A DNA stretch of 64,000 nucleotides from Bryobacterales bacterium (GTDB taxonomy: Bacteria > Acidobacteriota > Terriglobia > Bryobacterales > Bryobacteraceae): NCBI GenBank assembly GCA_963712395.1, contig CAVQHR010000008.1, forward strand, positions 912,373 to 976,372. Reading direction: 5' to 3'. Below, piece by piece: positions 1 through 9,702 of the stretch. The notes under the pieces were generated by a model. It searched no databases. It was not told the DNA's origin and saw only the letters and a program-made list of their open reading frames with translations. Numbering within the stretch: the stretch's first letter is position 1; the number at the start of each line of letters is the position of its first letter. A program made the position numbers and the translations under genes.

Positions 1-1
1 G

Positions 2-124
2 CTCGACCGCTTCCTCAATCGCATGCCCACCATCACGATTCGCGAGGGCACGCGTGTAAAGGTCGTGCTGACCGACGATCTTCAACTACCGGCTTATGAC
101 TCTATGCACCCAGGAGAAAAGTAA
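2..124 (+). CDS. VirB10/TrbI-family T4SS protein, C-terminal end (5' part outside window)
   Basis: Frame 2 reads LDRFLNRMPTITIREGTRVKVVLTDDL...GEK then TAA at 122-124. The PTITIxxGTxVxV tail is typical of VirB10/TrbI C-termini, and T4SS genes follow. Confidence 0.55.
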   Translation, partial: LDRFLNRMPTITIREGTRVKVVLTDDLQLPAYDSMHPGEK

Positions 125-289
125 ATGCACCCAGATACAGAACGACTGATCCGCAGTGACATCAGACTGCGGCGGCTTCCGCTCTATCTCGCGTTTTGGA
201 TTTTTATAGGAACCGTCGTCGGGCTCGGCTTGATCGGCAGCCTCGGTTTCCTTGACAAGTTTCTACGTTCGAATGGATGGCTTCACTAA
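125..289 (+). CDS. small membrane protein (54 aa) of the T4SS operon
   Basis: ATG directly abuts the preceding TAA. Hydrophobic stretch LPLYLAFWIFIGTVVGLGLIGSLGFL. Below the ORF-track length cutoff, translated by hand. Confidence 0.35.
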   Translation: MHPDTERLIRSDIRLRRLPLYLAFWIFIGTVVGLGLIGSLGFLDKFLRSNGWLH

Positions 290-301
290 GGGGGTTCGCT
301 C

Positions 302-1168
302 ATGAAGAAACGATGGATTTCGATTGCAAAAGGCAGTGTTGTGGCCGCGCTGGTCCTAACCGGTTTGACCGTTCTGTTTCCGAGACCGGCTGCGGCCATC
401 TTCGGCTTCGGCGATATCGTGTTCGATCCGAGCAGTTACGCCACGCTCGGCAAGATCTTTACCTCTGACGCAAGCCTGCTTGCGAAGACGATCCAGACCT
501 ACAACCAGACCGTAAAGATCTATCAAAACGGGTTGAACCTGTACGAACAGGCGAAGTACATGTCACTGCGCTTCGCCCAGCCGCAGCGCATGAGTTGGCG
601 AACGCTCACCCAGACGGCCGTGAATGACTTTACCCAGAACCGGTATGGCGAGACAGTGAACTGGCCAGCGATGGTGAACGGCCGTCCGGAACTGGCATCC
701 AGCGCCTGGACTGCAGCCACAGTTCCCGTGACTCACACTTCGTATCTATCCGGCGAGATCGCGGGCTCCAGCCGGCTGCTGGCACATCTGGCGAGCGTCG
801 AGGCACAGGATGGGTCGGCAGCCAAGTGTCTTTCGACCATTGCCCAATACCGGCAGAATGCCGCCGCCAATGCAGCACCGATCCTCAACCTTGCCGCTGC
901 CCAGGCGGACGGCTCCGATAGCACCAATAGCCAGATTGAGCAGCTGAACCTGATGAACGCCGCGCAAGCGCAGGCGAACAACGAAGCCCGCAGTGAGGGC
1001 GCTGTCGAGGCGTGCCTGGTCGAGCAGCAGGTTCTTGCAAACAAGGTCCAGCGTGACGCTGTGGCGGATCACCTCAGCTTCGTTGGTCGGGCGAATGATT
1101 ATGCCGCTTCCGAAAGTGCGTCCTGGGGCAGCGCGAAAGCAGCCCTGGCCGGCTATCGAGCCCAGTAA
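302..1168 (+). CDS. TrbJ/VirB5-like secreted T4SS protein
   Basis: Signal peptide (VVAALVLTGLTVLFPRPAAA). The mature N-terminus IFGFGDIVFDPSSYATL followed by Q/N-rich helical text resembles TrbJ/VirB5. It lies before a VirB6-like gene. Confidence 0.6.
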   Translation: MKKRWISIAKGSVVAALVLTGLTVLFPRPAAAIFGFGDIVFDPSSYATLGKIFTSDASLLAKTIQTYNQTVKIYQNGLNLYEQAKYMSLRFAQPQRMSWRTLTQTAVNDFTQNRYGETVNWPAMVNGRPELASSAWTAATVPVTHTSYLSGEIAGSSRLLAHLASVEAQDGSAAKCLSTIAQYRQNAAANAAPILNLAAAQADGSDSTNSQIEQLNLMNAAQAQANNEARSEGAVEACLVEQQVLANKVQRDAVADHLSFVGRANDYAASESASWGSAKAALAGYRAQ

Positions 1169-1182
1169 AGGAGACACGACAA

Positions 1183-1392
1183 ATGATCAACGCACTGCAG
1201 ATCAAACCACTTCTCGTCATCATCGCGCTGCTCGCGAGCATTGCCTCTTACCTCGGGTATGAAAAGCACAAGCAAGAGGCGGCCGAAAAACGGGCGCAGC
1301 AACTGGTTCGCCCGATGCGGCCGGACGAAAAGCAGGCCATTGACGACCTAAAGAACTGGGGCAAGAAAGCCCGCGAGTACCGAGCGAAGTAG
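1183..1392 (+). CDS. small single-TM protein in the TrbK position
   Basis: 69 aa with N-terminal TM (LLVIIALLASIASYLG) and a charged tail, lying between the TrbJ-like and TrbL-like genes. No lipobox Cys. Confidence 0.4.
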   Translation: MINALQIKPLLVIIALLASIASYLGYEKHKQEAAEKRAQQLVRPMRPDEKQAIDDLKNWGKKAREYRAK

Positions 1393-1405
1393 AGGGTCGA
1401 TTTAG

Positions 1406-2314
1406 ATGCGGAAGCTCCTCCTGATCCTGGCTCTGACACCACTCGCTCATGCGGCGTCGCCGGCGGACTACATCGGGTCGATCACGGACTCCGTGAACAA
1501 CCTCGTGACCTCCGGCAGTCCGGTGTTCTTAGCCACCGGCAACCAGGTACTGACGGCCGTGGGAGTCATCATGCTCGTCCTCTACGGGCTGAAGTGGGCG
1601 ACTCATAGTTCGGCCCGGCATCATCCGGAGTTTCCGTATGGTGAACTGCTTCACTTCTTTGGTCTGTTCCTGCTTGCGGAGATGATGCTGCGCTACTACA
1701 ACGTTCCTCTTCCAATGATCGGCTCCAGTTTTCACCAGGTCTTGCCAGACATCGGTCGCCAGCTTTCAAGCAATATCGACCTGGCCAGTCTGGATACTTT
1801 GCTTGCCCGCATAGCGGCGATCGTCACCGGGACGGAACGACCCTCGCTGTTCAACCCCCTGGAGCTGTTCATTTTCGTCTCGATCATGGTCGACATGATC
1901 GCCATCGAAGGGGTTCTGTTCGGCGTCACGATCCTCGGATTCGTAGCGGTGGGAATTGGCTCGCTTCTGGGGCCGCTATTCATTCCGTTCCTGGTCGTGC
2001 CACGACTGAGCTGGCTGTTCTGGAACTGGCTGTCGTTCATGCTGCAGTACAGCTTCTACCAGGTGGTCGCAAGCGCCCTGGTTTTCGTGTGGACGAATGT
2101 GCTTGTCAACTTCATTGACCGCTCCATCCACGGCGACTATACCTTGGCACATTTCTTCGTCCTTTTGGTGCCGCTCGGGATGCTGAACATCGGCCTGATC
2201 TTCAGTGTGTTTCGCATCACCAGCTTTGTCAGTGATTTGTTCAAAGGCACCGCAGCCGCCGGCAGCAATCTCGCCGGCAGCGTCGCCGTTGCTGTAAAAG
2301 GAGCCTTCGCCTGA
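1406..2314 (+). CDS. TrbL/VirB6-like polytopic T4SS membrane protein
   Basis: Signal peptide plus at least 5 hydrophobic helices. Its position follows the TrbJ and small genes, and its stop overlaps the next start (ATGA at 2311-2316). Confidence 0.7.
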   Translation: MRKLLLILALTPLAHAASPADYIGSITDSVNNLVTSGSPVFLATGNQVLTAVGVIMLVLYGLKWATHSSARHHPEFPYGELLHFFGLFLLAEMMLRYYNVPLPMIGSSFHQVLPDIGRQLSSNIDLASLDTLLARIAAIVTGTERPSLFNPLELFIFVSIMVDMIAIEGVLFGVTILGFVAVGIGSLLGPLFIPFLVVPRLSWLFWNWLSFMLQYSFYQVVASALVFVWTNVLVNFIDRSIHGDYTLAHFFVLLVPLGMLNIGLIFSVFRITSFVSDLFKGTAAAGSNLAGSVAVAVKGAFA

Positions 2315-3000
2315 TGAAGTCCAGACCATTGAATTCCGCATTACTCCCGCCGATCGAGCACGCGGCAAGGCAGGAGTACGAGTACTTCGGCTCGACTCTG
2401 ACGACCAATACGGCGCTGAAAGTCGCATTGCTTTGTGCCTTTGCAATCATCGGCATTCTCAGCTGGAATACGGTCCGACTTTCGCGCGTGGCAGCAAGCG
2501 TAAAACCCCTCATCATCCGGATCAACGAAGTGGGCCGGGCCGAAGCCATCGCTTACCAGGACTTTGCCTACAAACCCCAGGCCCCGGAGATCCGCTACTT
2601 CCTGACGACGTTCGTCACCGGCTACTACTCCCGAAACCACAAAACCGTGGCCCGGCAGTACGTCAATAGCCTTTACTTTCTGGACCGCTCCTTGTTTGCC
2701 GCGATTGATGCTCGCGACCGGCGAACGCAGTGGCTTCCGAAGTTCCTGCATAGCTCCGACGACGACATCGATGTGACCGTTAACAATGTCGTCCTCGAAG
2801 ACCTGCAGGACGAACCTTACCGGGCGCGTGTGGAGTTCACGAAAGTGTTCACTACCGTGTCCGGTTCGGAGACGAAACGAGAGAACTGGGCGGCCGAGTT
2901 TGTGTTCCGCAGAAACCCCGACGTTCCGAACCAATTGATCCTTCACAATCCGCTCGGACTCGCGATCACTTACTTCCGCGAGGACCAAGCTTTCAATTAA
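2314..3000 (+). CDS. VirB8/TrbF-like T4SS protein
   Basis: Bitopic layout: one N-terminal TM (ALLCAFAIIGILSW) then a ~170 aa periplasmic domain with VirB8-like text (VRINEVGRAEAI..., YRARVEFTKVFT). Confidence 0.65.
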   Translation: MKSRPLNSALLPPIEHAARQEYEYFGSTLTTNTALKVALLCAFAIIGILSWNTVRLSRVAASVKPLIIRINEVGRAEAIAYQDFAYKPQAPEIRYFLTTFVTGYYSRNHKTVARQYVNSLYFLDRSLFAAIDARDRRTQWLPKFLHSSDDDIDVTVNNVVLEDLQDEPYRARVEFTKVFTTVSGSETKRENWAAEFVFRRNPDVPNQLILHNPLGLAITYFREDQAFN

Positions 3001-3016
3001 CCCAAAAGGAGACCAG

Positions 3017-3286
3017 ATGCCAGCACCATTGATTGAAGTTGAAGACAAGCAGCCGGACGAAAAAATCGAGGTCCGGCTCCGGCCCGAAGTCGCCCGTGAA
3101 CTTCGCGCTTACGGAGAGTATGCCCAAGGGAGTTCCACAAGTCACGTTGTGACCGCTGCCCTGAAGCGATTGTTCCGGGAAGACAAAGGCTTCAAGAGCT
3201 TCCGCGAAGAGAACCCGAGCGCCGGTTTCGTCAAGGTTCAGAAGTTTCGGAAGAGCAATCCGGCTTCCGAGAAAGGAGCAGCCTAA
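3017..3286 (+). CDS. ribbon-helix-helix-like DNA-binding protein (possible relaxosome accessory or regulator)
   Basis: IEVRLRPEVARELRAYGEY...SHVVTAALKRLF is a beta-strand/helix/helix pattern of CopG/RHH type. It lies next to the candidate oriT. Confidence 0.45.
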   Translation: MPAPLIEVEDKQPDEKIEVRLRPEVARELRAYGEYAQGSSTSHVVTAALKRLFREDKGFKSFREENPSAGFVKVQKFRKSNPASEKGAA

Positions 3287-3439
3287 AATGCGCCGGCAAG
3301 AATCGGTCCAGGTTGAGGGCAAATCAGCCGGCAGAAATGAGGCAGGTACGAGGTCAGAGATGCAGCAGCTTACCGGCAGGAATGCAGCCATCCGAAAGCT
3401 CTTCTACGCTTCGCGCCCGCGGCAGTGGTGGCCCTTGGT

Positions 3440-3560
3440 GGAGACGGTGCTGCGCACCGGGTGCATCAAAACGATATGCCACCCCTTCCAGGTACATGCC
3501 GGTGTACCACCTGTAAACATTGGCGATTTGTAATTCCCGTGCACGGCTGTGTACGTGCTG
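3440..3560. promoter_or_regulatory. candidate oriT / nic region
   Basis: Non-coding gap upstream of the mobC-T4CP-relaxase operon. GCGCACCGGGTGC (3452-3464) followed by ATCAAAACGATATGCC. Palindrome GGTACAtgccggTGTACC (3491-3508). GCACGgctgtgtaCGTGC near 3541-3559. Confidence 0.3.
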
Positions 3561-3584
3561 ATTTCTTCAAAATGGTGGCTTTCA

Positions 3585-3965
3585 ATGCGTAGCGCAAAAC
3601 GTGCAAAAACTCTGACGCACTATCTCTCTTCAAGGCTCACTTCAGAGGAAGAACGGCGTATCAAAGAGCACGCCGATAAGTCTGGCTTGAGCAAGAGCGA
3701 GTGGTGCCGGCAAGCCATTCTGTGGTCCCTTGATACACCACCGGACGCTCAGCTCGTCCTGGCTGAAATCATGGCGCTCCGCAAGATCATTCTCGCGTTG
3801 CATCTCGATTCAATTCATGGTGAAAAACTCACCGAGCAGCGCCTTCGAATGCTAGTGGAGCAAGCGGAAACAAGCAAGCACGCTATGGCTGACGCACGCA
3901 TTTACGCCTTCGCATTGAAAATCAAGGCGATGGCAGAAAAGGCGCCGGAGCCCGCCGCGTCATGA
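3585..3965 (+). CDS. mobC: MobC-like relaxosome accessory protein
   Basis: RLTSEEERRIKEHADKSGLSKSEWCRQAIL matches the MobC motif (RLTxEE...A...G.S.SEY.R). I prefer the ATG at 3585 over the track's GTG at 3549. The stop overlaps the T4CP start. Confidence 0.65.
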   Translation: MRSAKRAKTLTHYLSSRLTSEEERRIKEHADKSGLSKSEWCRQAILWSLDTPPDAQLVLAEIMALRKIILALHLDSIHGEKLTEQRLRMLVEQAETSKHAMADARIYAFALKIKAMAEKAPEPAAS

Positions 3966-5890
3966 GCGAAAACACCAATCCAACTTGGCCTCGCCGCTTC
4001 CCGATCCTGCGCGTGCTTGGCTTTGCTCTGAGCCTCGCTTGCGGGGCGCTGTTGGTCCGGGTTTGGTTGTCGTATGAAGCCACGCCGCTAGCACGATTTT
4101 ACTTCCCGACTTATGCCCGGCTCACTCTGTTCGCTGACTTGCCGGCTCTTCCTAAACCGGGATCCAGAGGTGAAACTCTGAAGTCCTTTGCAGTCGTTTT
4201 CCGCGGCGACTATCTGGCAACGAGCGACTTGCTTCCGCGGTCGCCCGGCTGTGTAATTGTCCGCGATGTCATGCTCCGGCCGGAAGGTTTCGCGCGCTGG
4301 CTTCGCATCCATATATATGGTGGCCGAACATTGGCTGGTGTCCTGCGTTGGCCGCTCTGCGGCTTTGGAATCTCGCTTCTCGCGTTAGTTGTGGCAGGGA
4401 CGCGCCTCGATAGCGCTCATGACCGGAAGGCGCGCGACGGCCGCCGTCTTCGCGGGCCTGGCCTGACCACTCGTTGGCGATTCAACTGGCAGACGAGGGG
4501 CGATGGTTTGCGCTTTCGAGTTGAGAATCGCCGCAACGTTCTGGAGTGGCTGAGGTCCGGCAGATCCGGCAAAGATCTCGTTATCAAACGCGATCGCGAA
4601 GCGCATCATATTCAGATCGCCGGTGACACCGGAACCGGTAAATCCACACTGGTCAGGCAGATCGTTTATCAGATCGAGGCCCGCAACGAAGTCGCCATCA
4701 TTTTCGACCCGGACCGTGAATACATTAGGGAATTCTTTCGTAAAGACCGTGGCGATTGGGTCCTTAACCCCAAAGACGATCGCTGCCCTTATTGGCCCAT
4801 CGGTGAAGAAGCGGATGATGAGGCAGAAGCCACGCCCATCGCTATCGGGTTGTTCCCGGACGAACCCACTCGACAGCAATTCTTCCTGTCGCACACGCGC
4901 GCGATCTTCTCTTACTTACTTGCCACATACAAACCGACTGTGAATGAGTTGGCGTACTGGATGGCCCATCCGGAAGAGATCGATGCAAGGGTGAAAGGCA
5001 CGGAGCATCAGCACACCTTAACAGCCAATGCTGCGCCGCAACGTGCCGGCATTCTCGGCAGCTTGAATGAAGCCGGGAAACCGTTGCGCATGATGCCGAG
5101 CCATCCAGAGGGGCGACGGTCGTGGACCGTACGCGAATGGGCGAAGCACCGCAATGGTTGGATTTTCATTACGTCAACACCGGACACGATTGATGCGCTT
5201 CGGCCCGTGCAGAGCCTCTGGCTCGACATGCTGATTTTGAAGCTGCAATACGCGGAAGTGGGGCGCGATCCATCCCGAGTTTGGATGATCCTCGATGAAC
5301 TCGCCTCACTAAACGCACTCCCACAGCTTCATAGCGCCATGACGAAGCAGCGCAAGTCCGACAACCCGATTGTTCTGGGATTTCAGGGTATGAGCCAGCT
5401 CGATGCGATTTACGGGAAGAAAGCCGAGACCATTCTGAGCCAGGCCTATACGAACATTGTGCTGCGCACGCGCGAACCACGCGCCGCGAAGCATCTCAGC
5501 GAGTTAATTGGCAAAGCGCAACTGGAGCGGACACGCGAGAGCAAACCCGCGCGATGGTTTCAGCGGAAACAGGGCAGCTACAACTCTGAACGAGTTGTAG
5601 ATCCGGTAGTCATGGAATCGGAGATTCAGGGGCTGGAAGACCTGCACGGCTTTTTCGTGCAGCAGGACAAAGTTGTCGCGATTCGCTTTCGCCCGCAGGC
5701 AATGCGCCAAGTCGCAGCCGGTCTCGTCGAGCGCATCATTCCTCCGGTGCAGCATCGGCTTCTCGATCCGGAGCCAAAGCCGAAGCTCGTGACTTCCGGC
5801 GCGCAAGATCCCGGACTCGACATGGTTCCGAAGGCGGAGGAAACAAAGCCGGAGCAACAACTCTCGATCGGATTCGATGTTCTGAGGTAG
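3962..5890 (+). CDS. type IV coupling protein (TraD/VirD4 family)
   Basis: N-terminal TM helices, Walker A GDTGTGKST, Walker B-like WMILDELASL, and a position directly before the relaxase. Confidence 0.85.
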   Translation: MSENTNPTWPRRFPILRVLGFALSLACGALLVRVWLSYEATPLARFYFPTYARLTLFADLPALPKPGSRGETLKSFAVVFRGDYLATSDLLPRSPGCVIVRDVMLRPEGFARWLRIHIYGGRTLAGVLRWPLCGFGISLLALVVAGTRLDSAHDRKARDGRRLRGPGLTTRWRFNWQTRGDGLRFRVENRRNVLEWLRSGRSGKDLVIKRDREAHHIQIAGDTGTGKSTLVRQIVYQIEARNEVAIIFDPDREYIREFFRKDRGDWVLNPKDDRCPYWPIGEEADDEAEATPIAIGLFPDEPTRQQFFLSHTRAIFSYLLATYKPTVNELAYWMAHPEEIDARVKGTEHQHTLTANAAPQRAGILGSLNEAGKPLRMMPSHPEGRRSWTVREWAKHRNGWIFITSTPDTIDALRPVQSLWLDMLILKLQYAEVGRDPSRVWMILDELASLNALPQLHSAMTKQRKSDNPIVLGFQGMSQLDAIYGKKAETILSQAYTNIVLRTREPRAAKHLSELIGKAQLERTRESKPARWFQRKQGSYNSERVVDPVVMESEIQGLEDLHGFFVQQDKVVAIRFRPQAMRQVAAGLVERIIPPVQHRLLDPEPKPKLVTSGAQDPGLDMVPKAEETKPEQQLSIGFDVLR

Positions 5891-5896
5891 ACCAAC

Positions 5897-8599
5897 ATGC
5901 TGGATATTTCTAAACCACTGACCAGCGGCAAGGTACAGAGCTACTATCGCTCGGAATACTCGGCTGCTTCGAACTCTTATTTCAGCCAGGGCGGGACTCT
6001 GCGAGGCGAGTGGCATGGACAGCTTGCCGCTACCTTGGGGCTCGCGGGCGACGTTTCGGCAGAAGCGTTCGACCGCTTAGCAGAAGGGCAGCACCCGCAG
6101 ACCGGCGAGCAGCTCATCCAGCATCGCGACACCATTAAGACGCAATCGGGCGAAGAACTGGGCCACCGTGCCGGCTGGGATCTGACATTCAATGCACCGA
6201 AGACCGTCAGTCTAACTGCGCTGGTTGGGGAAGACGACCGTGTGCGCGAAGCGCATCGTTCTGCCGTTCGTGTGGCGCTGACGGAAACGGAGAAATACGT
6301 GCAGGCCCGGCTCGGCGGAAAACTCGCTGCTGAGAACACCGGCAAATGGATCGCGGCGACATTCGAGCACGATACGGCCCGCCCGGTAGATGGCTATCCG
6401 GCTCCGCATCTGCATACCCACGTGGTCGTCTTCAACATGACAGAGGATGCGAACGGCCAGGCGCGCTCGTTGCAGCCATATGAGCTTTTCAAAATTCAGT
6501 CGATGGCGACCGCTGTGTACCAGAACCAGCTCGAGTTTGAGCTTCGTCGAGCTCGCTACCAAATCGAACGGGGAATGAATCATGCTCCGGAGATCAAGGG
6601 GTATTCGGCAGAGTACCTGCAGGCCGAGAGTTTGCGCAATGCGCAGATTCAGCGGGAACTCAAGGAACGCGGCGTCTCTGGAGCGGAGGCCATCAACAAC
6701 ATCAAGCATCAGAATCGCGAGGCGAAGTTACAACTGACGCCGGAGGATTTGAAGGCCTTGCACAAGCGCAATGCCGCCGAATTTGGGAATCAACCGTCTC
6801 GCGTGGTGGCAGAAACGGCGCAGCGTCACTCGCGGTCGTTGTCGCCCGAAAGAGTAGAAGAAAAAGCTCAAACCGCTGTGACGTTCGCGAAGGACCGGCT
6901 TGGGGAGCGTAGCGCCGTATTCGAGCACTTTGAAGTGATCCGCGATGCGCTTCGACACGCGCAAGGAAGAATCCGCTTGCCGGAGATTCAGGCGGAATTG
7001 GACCGGCAGCGGGAGCAAGGCCACTTCATTTCGGCGGAGCACATCCGGCCGCATGCGCCCGCGGCGCGGTACACCACGCCTGAACTGATTGAGATGGAGC
7101 GGGAAGCGATCGAACGGGTGCGGGCAGGACGGAATCAGGCCCATCCGGTTGCTTCGATTACGGCAAACGCCATCGAGAAACGGTACGGGTCACGGCTGAA
7201 CGAAGATCAGCTCCAGCTCGTGCATGAAGTTCTGGTAAGTCGCGACCAGACCTTCGGCATACAGGGCGGAGCCGGAACCGGCAAGACGACTGCCCTCAGC
7301 GCTATCAAAGAGGTCGCAGAGTCCAACGGATACAAAGCTCTAGGATTGGGTCCGACGTCACGCGCGGCAAAGGGATTGAAAGAGGCGGGGATGGATGCGG
7401 AAACGCTTCAGGCCTTCCTGGCCCGAGGGCCGCAGTTTTCGGAAGACGGGCGTCCACGGCTCTTCTTTGTCGATGAATCGAGTCTTGCCTCCGGCAAACA
7501 CATGCGCGACTTTTTGCGCCGTCTGCAGCCGTCGGACCGTGTTCTCTTGATCGGCGATACCCGGCAACACCAATCCGTCGAAGCCGGTCGCATCTTTGAC
7601 CAATTGCAGAGTGCCGGCATGGGCACGGCTACTCTCAGCCGGATTGTTCGCCAGCGAGACGAAGGGCTGCGAACCGTTGTCGAAGCCATCGCGGCGGGAC
7701 GCATTGCCGAGGGCGTGGATCTCCTGTCGGAGCAGAATCGCATTCACTCCGTCCTTCATCGCGGCGAGCGTTTCGAAGCGATCGCGCGGATGTATGTGCA
7801 ATCCCCGGAAGGCACGCTGGTCGTTTCTCCGGATAACAACTCAAGGCGGGAGCTCAACTCGGCGATCCGCGCGGCGTTGCGGGAATCCGGTCGGCTTGGC
7901 GCGGATATTTATCAGCTCCCTGTGCTCATCAATCGCCAGGAAGTTACGGGCGAGGACCGCAAAGTCGCCAGCTCGTATCACGTCGGAGATTCGGTCCGGT
8001 ACACGCGCGGCAGCGAGGCTCTCGGGCTGGAAGCGAAAACGTACGCCACCGTCATTCACCTCGACAGCGAGCGTAACGAAATCACGGTGAAACCGGCAAA
8101 TGGTCCCAACGTCACGTACGATCCTGCGCGTGTGAAAGGCGTCGCGATTTATGAACCCGAGATGCGAGTGTTCGCTGAAGGCGACCGCATTCAGTTTACG
8201 GCTCCCTGGAAAGAGAAAGCGATCAGTGGCCGCGATCTGGGGACGATCAAGCACTTGGACGAGAACGGCAATATTGCGGTGACGCTGGACGGCTCCGGGC
8301 GAACCGTCGCGTGGAATCTGAATCAAAACAAGCACCTCGATTACGCCTACGCCATGACGTCACACTCTTCGCAGGGCGCGACCGTGGATCGGGCACTGAT
8401 CCATATTGATACCGGCGACAGCCGAGTCCGCACGCTGATCGACGAAACCCTGGCGTATGTCGCAACCTCTCGGCCGCGCTACGATGCGCAGATTTTCACA
8501 GATGATGCCAACCAGCTCTCAGCCGCGCTCTCACGCCGGCATGAGAACGCGACCGCTTTGTCGCCCGAACAAATCACTGTGTATTCCATTTCGGTGTAA
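5897..8599 (+). CDS. MOBF (TrwC/TraI-type) relaxase fused to a RecD-like helicase
   Basis: The N-terminus aligns by eye with TrwC: SYYRSEY tyrosines, DLTFNAPKTVSL, histidine triad HLHTHVVVFNMT. The C-terminal half has GGAGTGKTT and later helicase motifs (HSSQGATVD). Confidence 0.9.
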   Translation: MLDISKPLTSGKVQSYYRSEYSAASNSYFSQGGTLRGEWHGQLAATLGLAGDVSAEAFDRLAEGQHPQTGEQLIQHRDTIKTQSGEELGHRAGWDLTFNAPKTVSLTALVGEDDRVREAHRSAVRVALTETEKYVQARLGGKLAAENTGKWIAATFEHDTARPVDGYPAPHLHTHVVVFNMTEDANGQARSLQPYELFKIQSMATAVYQNQLEFELRRARYQIERGMNHAPEIKGYSAEYLQAESLRNAQIQRELKERGVSGAEAINNIKHQNREAKLQLTPEDLKALHKRNAAEFGNQPSRVVAETAQRHSRSLSPERVEEKAQTAVTFAKDRLGERSAVFEHFEVIRDALRHAQGRIRLPEIQAELDRQREQGHFISAEHIRPHAPAARYTTPELIEMEREAIERVRAGRNQAHPVASITANAIEKRYGSRLNEDQLQLVHEVLVSRDQTFGIQGGAGTGKTTALSAIKEVAESNGYKALGLGPTSRAAKGLKEAGMDAETLQAFLARGPQFSEDGRPRLFFVDESSLASGKHMRDFLRRLQPSDRVLLIGDTRQHQSVEAGRIFDQLQSAGMGTATLSRIVRQRDEGLRTVVEAIAAGRIAEGVDLLSEQNRIHSVLHRGERFEAIARMYVQSPEGTLVVSPDNNSRRELNSAIRAALRESGRLGADIYQLPVLINRQEVTGEDRKVASSYHVGDSVRYTRGSEALGLEAKTYATVIHLDSERNEITVKPANGPNVTYDPARVKGVAIYEPEMRVFAEGDRIQFTAPWKEKAISGRDLGTIKHLDENGNIAVTLDGSGRTVAWNLNQNKHLDYAYAMTSHSSQGATVDRALIHIDTGDSRVRTLIDETLAYVATSRPRYDAQIFTDDANQLSAALSRRHENATALSPEQITVYSISV

Positions 8600-8604
8600 C
8601 CGCC

Positions 8605-9570
8605 ATGTCTCTCGAAACCATTCTTCCTTTCCTGCAGCCGATTGCCCATCTCATCGTCGATCCCGGTGTTTCGGAAGTGATGGTGAATGGCGATGGCACA
8701 ATCTTCACTCAGCGAAACGGGCAACTCTCGTCAGTCGATGCCACTCTGGAGCCAAAATACCTGGCGAGCGCTGTGAAACGAATTGCGCGCTCACTGGGAA
8801 AGGATATTGGCGAATCGAAGCCTTTGCTGGATGCGAGGCTCCCCGACGGATCGCGAGTAGCCGCAGCGTTTCCTCCGTGTTCGCTGCACGGTGTGACGCT
8901 GACGATCCGCAAGTTTCGGCCTCATTGGTTCACGATGGAACAGCTTGTGGAAGTCGGAATGCTTCCGGCCACAGTTGCCGCCGCACTGGCCGAAGCGATC
9001 CGAGATCGGAAGACGATTTTGATCGCCGGCGGCACCGATACCGGCAAGACGACATTTGCGAAGGCACTGATTGACTTCATTCCGCAGCACGAACGCCTTG
9101 GAGTGATCGAGGATACGGCGGAACTCAAAATCGATCATCCGAATGTATTTCGCTTTGAGGCCCGGAAGGAGCAGGTGGATGGCTCGGGCAAAGTCACCGT
9201 GCCGGCCGTCACGGTTCGTGATCTCGTGAAAGCCACCCTTCGCCATCGGCCCGATCGGTTGATCATTGGCGAAGTCCGCGGCGGCGAGGCGTTCGATTTA
9301 CTGGACGCCTTGAACACGGGCCATGCCGGATCGATCTCCACCCTCCACGCAAATTCTGCTTTACAGGCTCTTTCTCGATTAGCAACGCTCACGCTGCGCG
9401 CGGATGTTGATCTTCCTTATAAGGCTATCCAAGGTGAGATCGGCGATCTGATTGATCTCGTGATCCATATCAAGCGAAAGGAGGGCCAACGCTCGATTTC
9501 TCAAGTTCTTCAAATTCACGGATTCGATGCCGATGCCGGACGTTATGAAACTACTGAGCTGTACCACTAA
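8605..9570 (+). CDS. virB11: VirB11/TrbB-type T4SS traffic ATPase
   Basis: Walker A GGTDTGKTT, Asp/His boxes IIGEVRGGEAFDLLDALNTGHAGSISTLHANS. Confidence 0.9.
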   Translation: MSLETILPFLQPIAHLIVDPGVSEVMVNGDGTIFTQRNGQLSSVDATLEPKYLASAVKRIARSLGKDIGESKPLLDARLPDGSRVAAAFPPCSLHGVTLTIRKFRPHWFTMEQLVEVGMLPATVAAALAEAIRDRKTILIAGGTDTGKTTFAKALIDFIPQHERLGVIEDTAELKIDHPNVFRFEARKEQVDGSGKVTVPAVTVRDLVKATLRHRPDRLIIGEVRGGEAFDLLDALNTGHAGSISTLHANSALQALSRLATLTLRADVDLPYKAIQGEIGDLIDLVIHIKRKEGQRSISQVLQIHGFDADAGRYETTELYH

Positions 9571-9702
9571 TGGCTCCGCCCTCGCGCGAGTACAAGCCGT
9601 GTCCCCAGGCTTCCGCGCTTTGCTTGTGCAGCCCTTCGCTGCGCTTCGTCCTTTCCGCTTCGCTACAAGGATGGGCGAACCTCCTCGGCTTGACTCTTGC
9701 TA

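Noticed and set aside
2341-3048. Long antisense ORFs opposite confidently called genes. Examples: 2341-3048, 4385-4894, 14205-14810, 27144-27941, 41653-42330, 53120-53896.
   Set aside because: They have no recognisable motifs and an Arg/Ala/Gly-rich composition typical of shadow frames in high-GC DNA. Each lies fully inside a gene with strong family signatures.
3288-3533. 81 aa ORF starting 1 nt after the RHH gene stop.
   Set aside because: Arg-rich, no motifs, and it covers the palindrome-rich gap that better fits an oriT/regulatory region. Kept as non-coding.
9640-9690. Short CTTCGCT-type direct repeats (checked as possible iterons or a CRISPR-like array). The whole window was also scanned for regularly spaced repeats.
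   Set aside because: There are only three irregular 6-7 nt copies and no spacer periodicity. No CRISPR-like array anywhere in the window.
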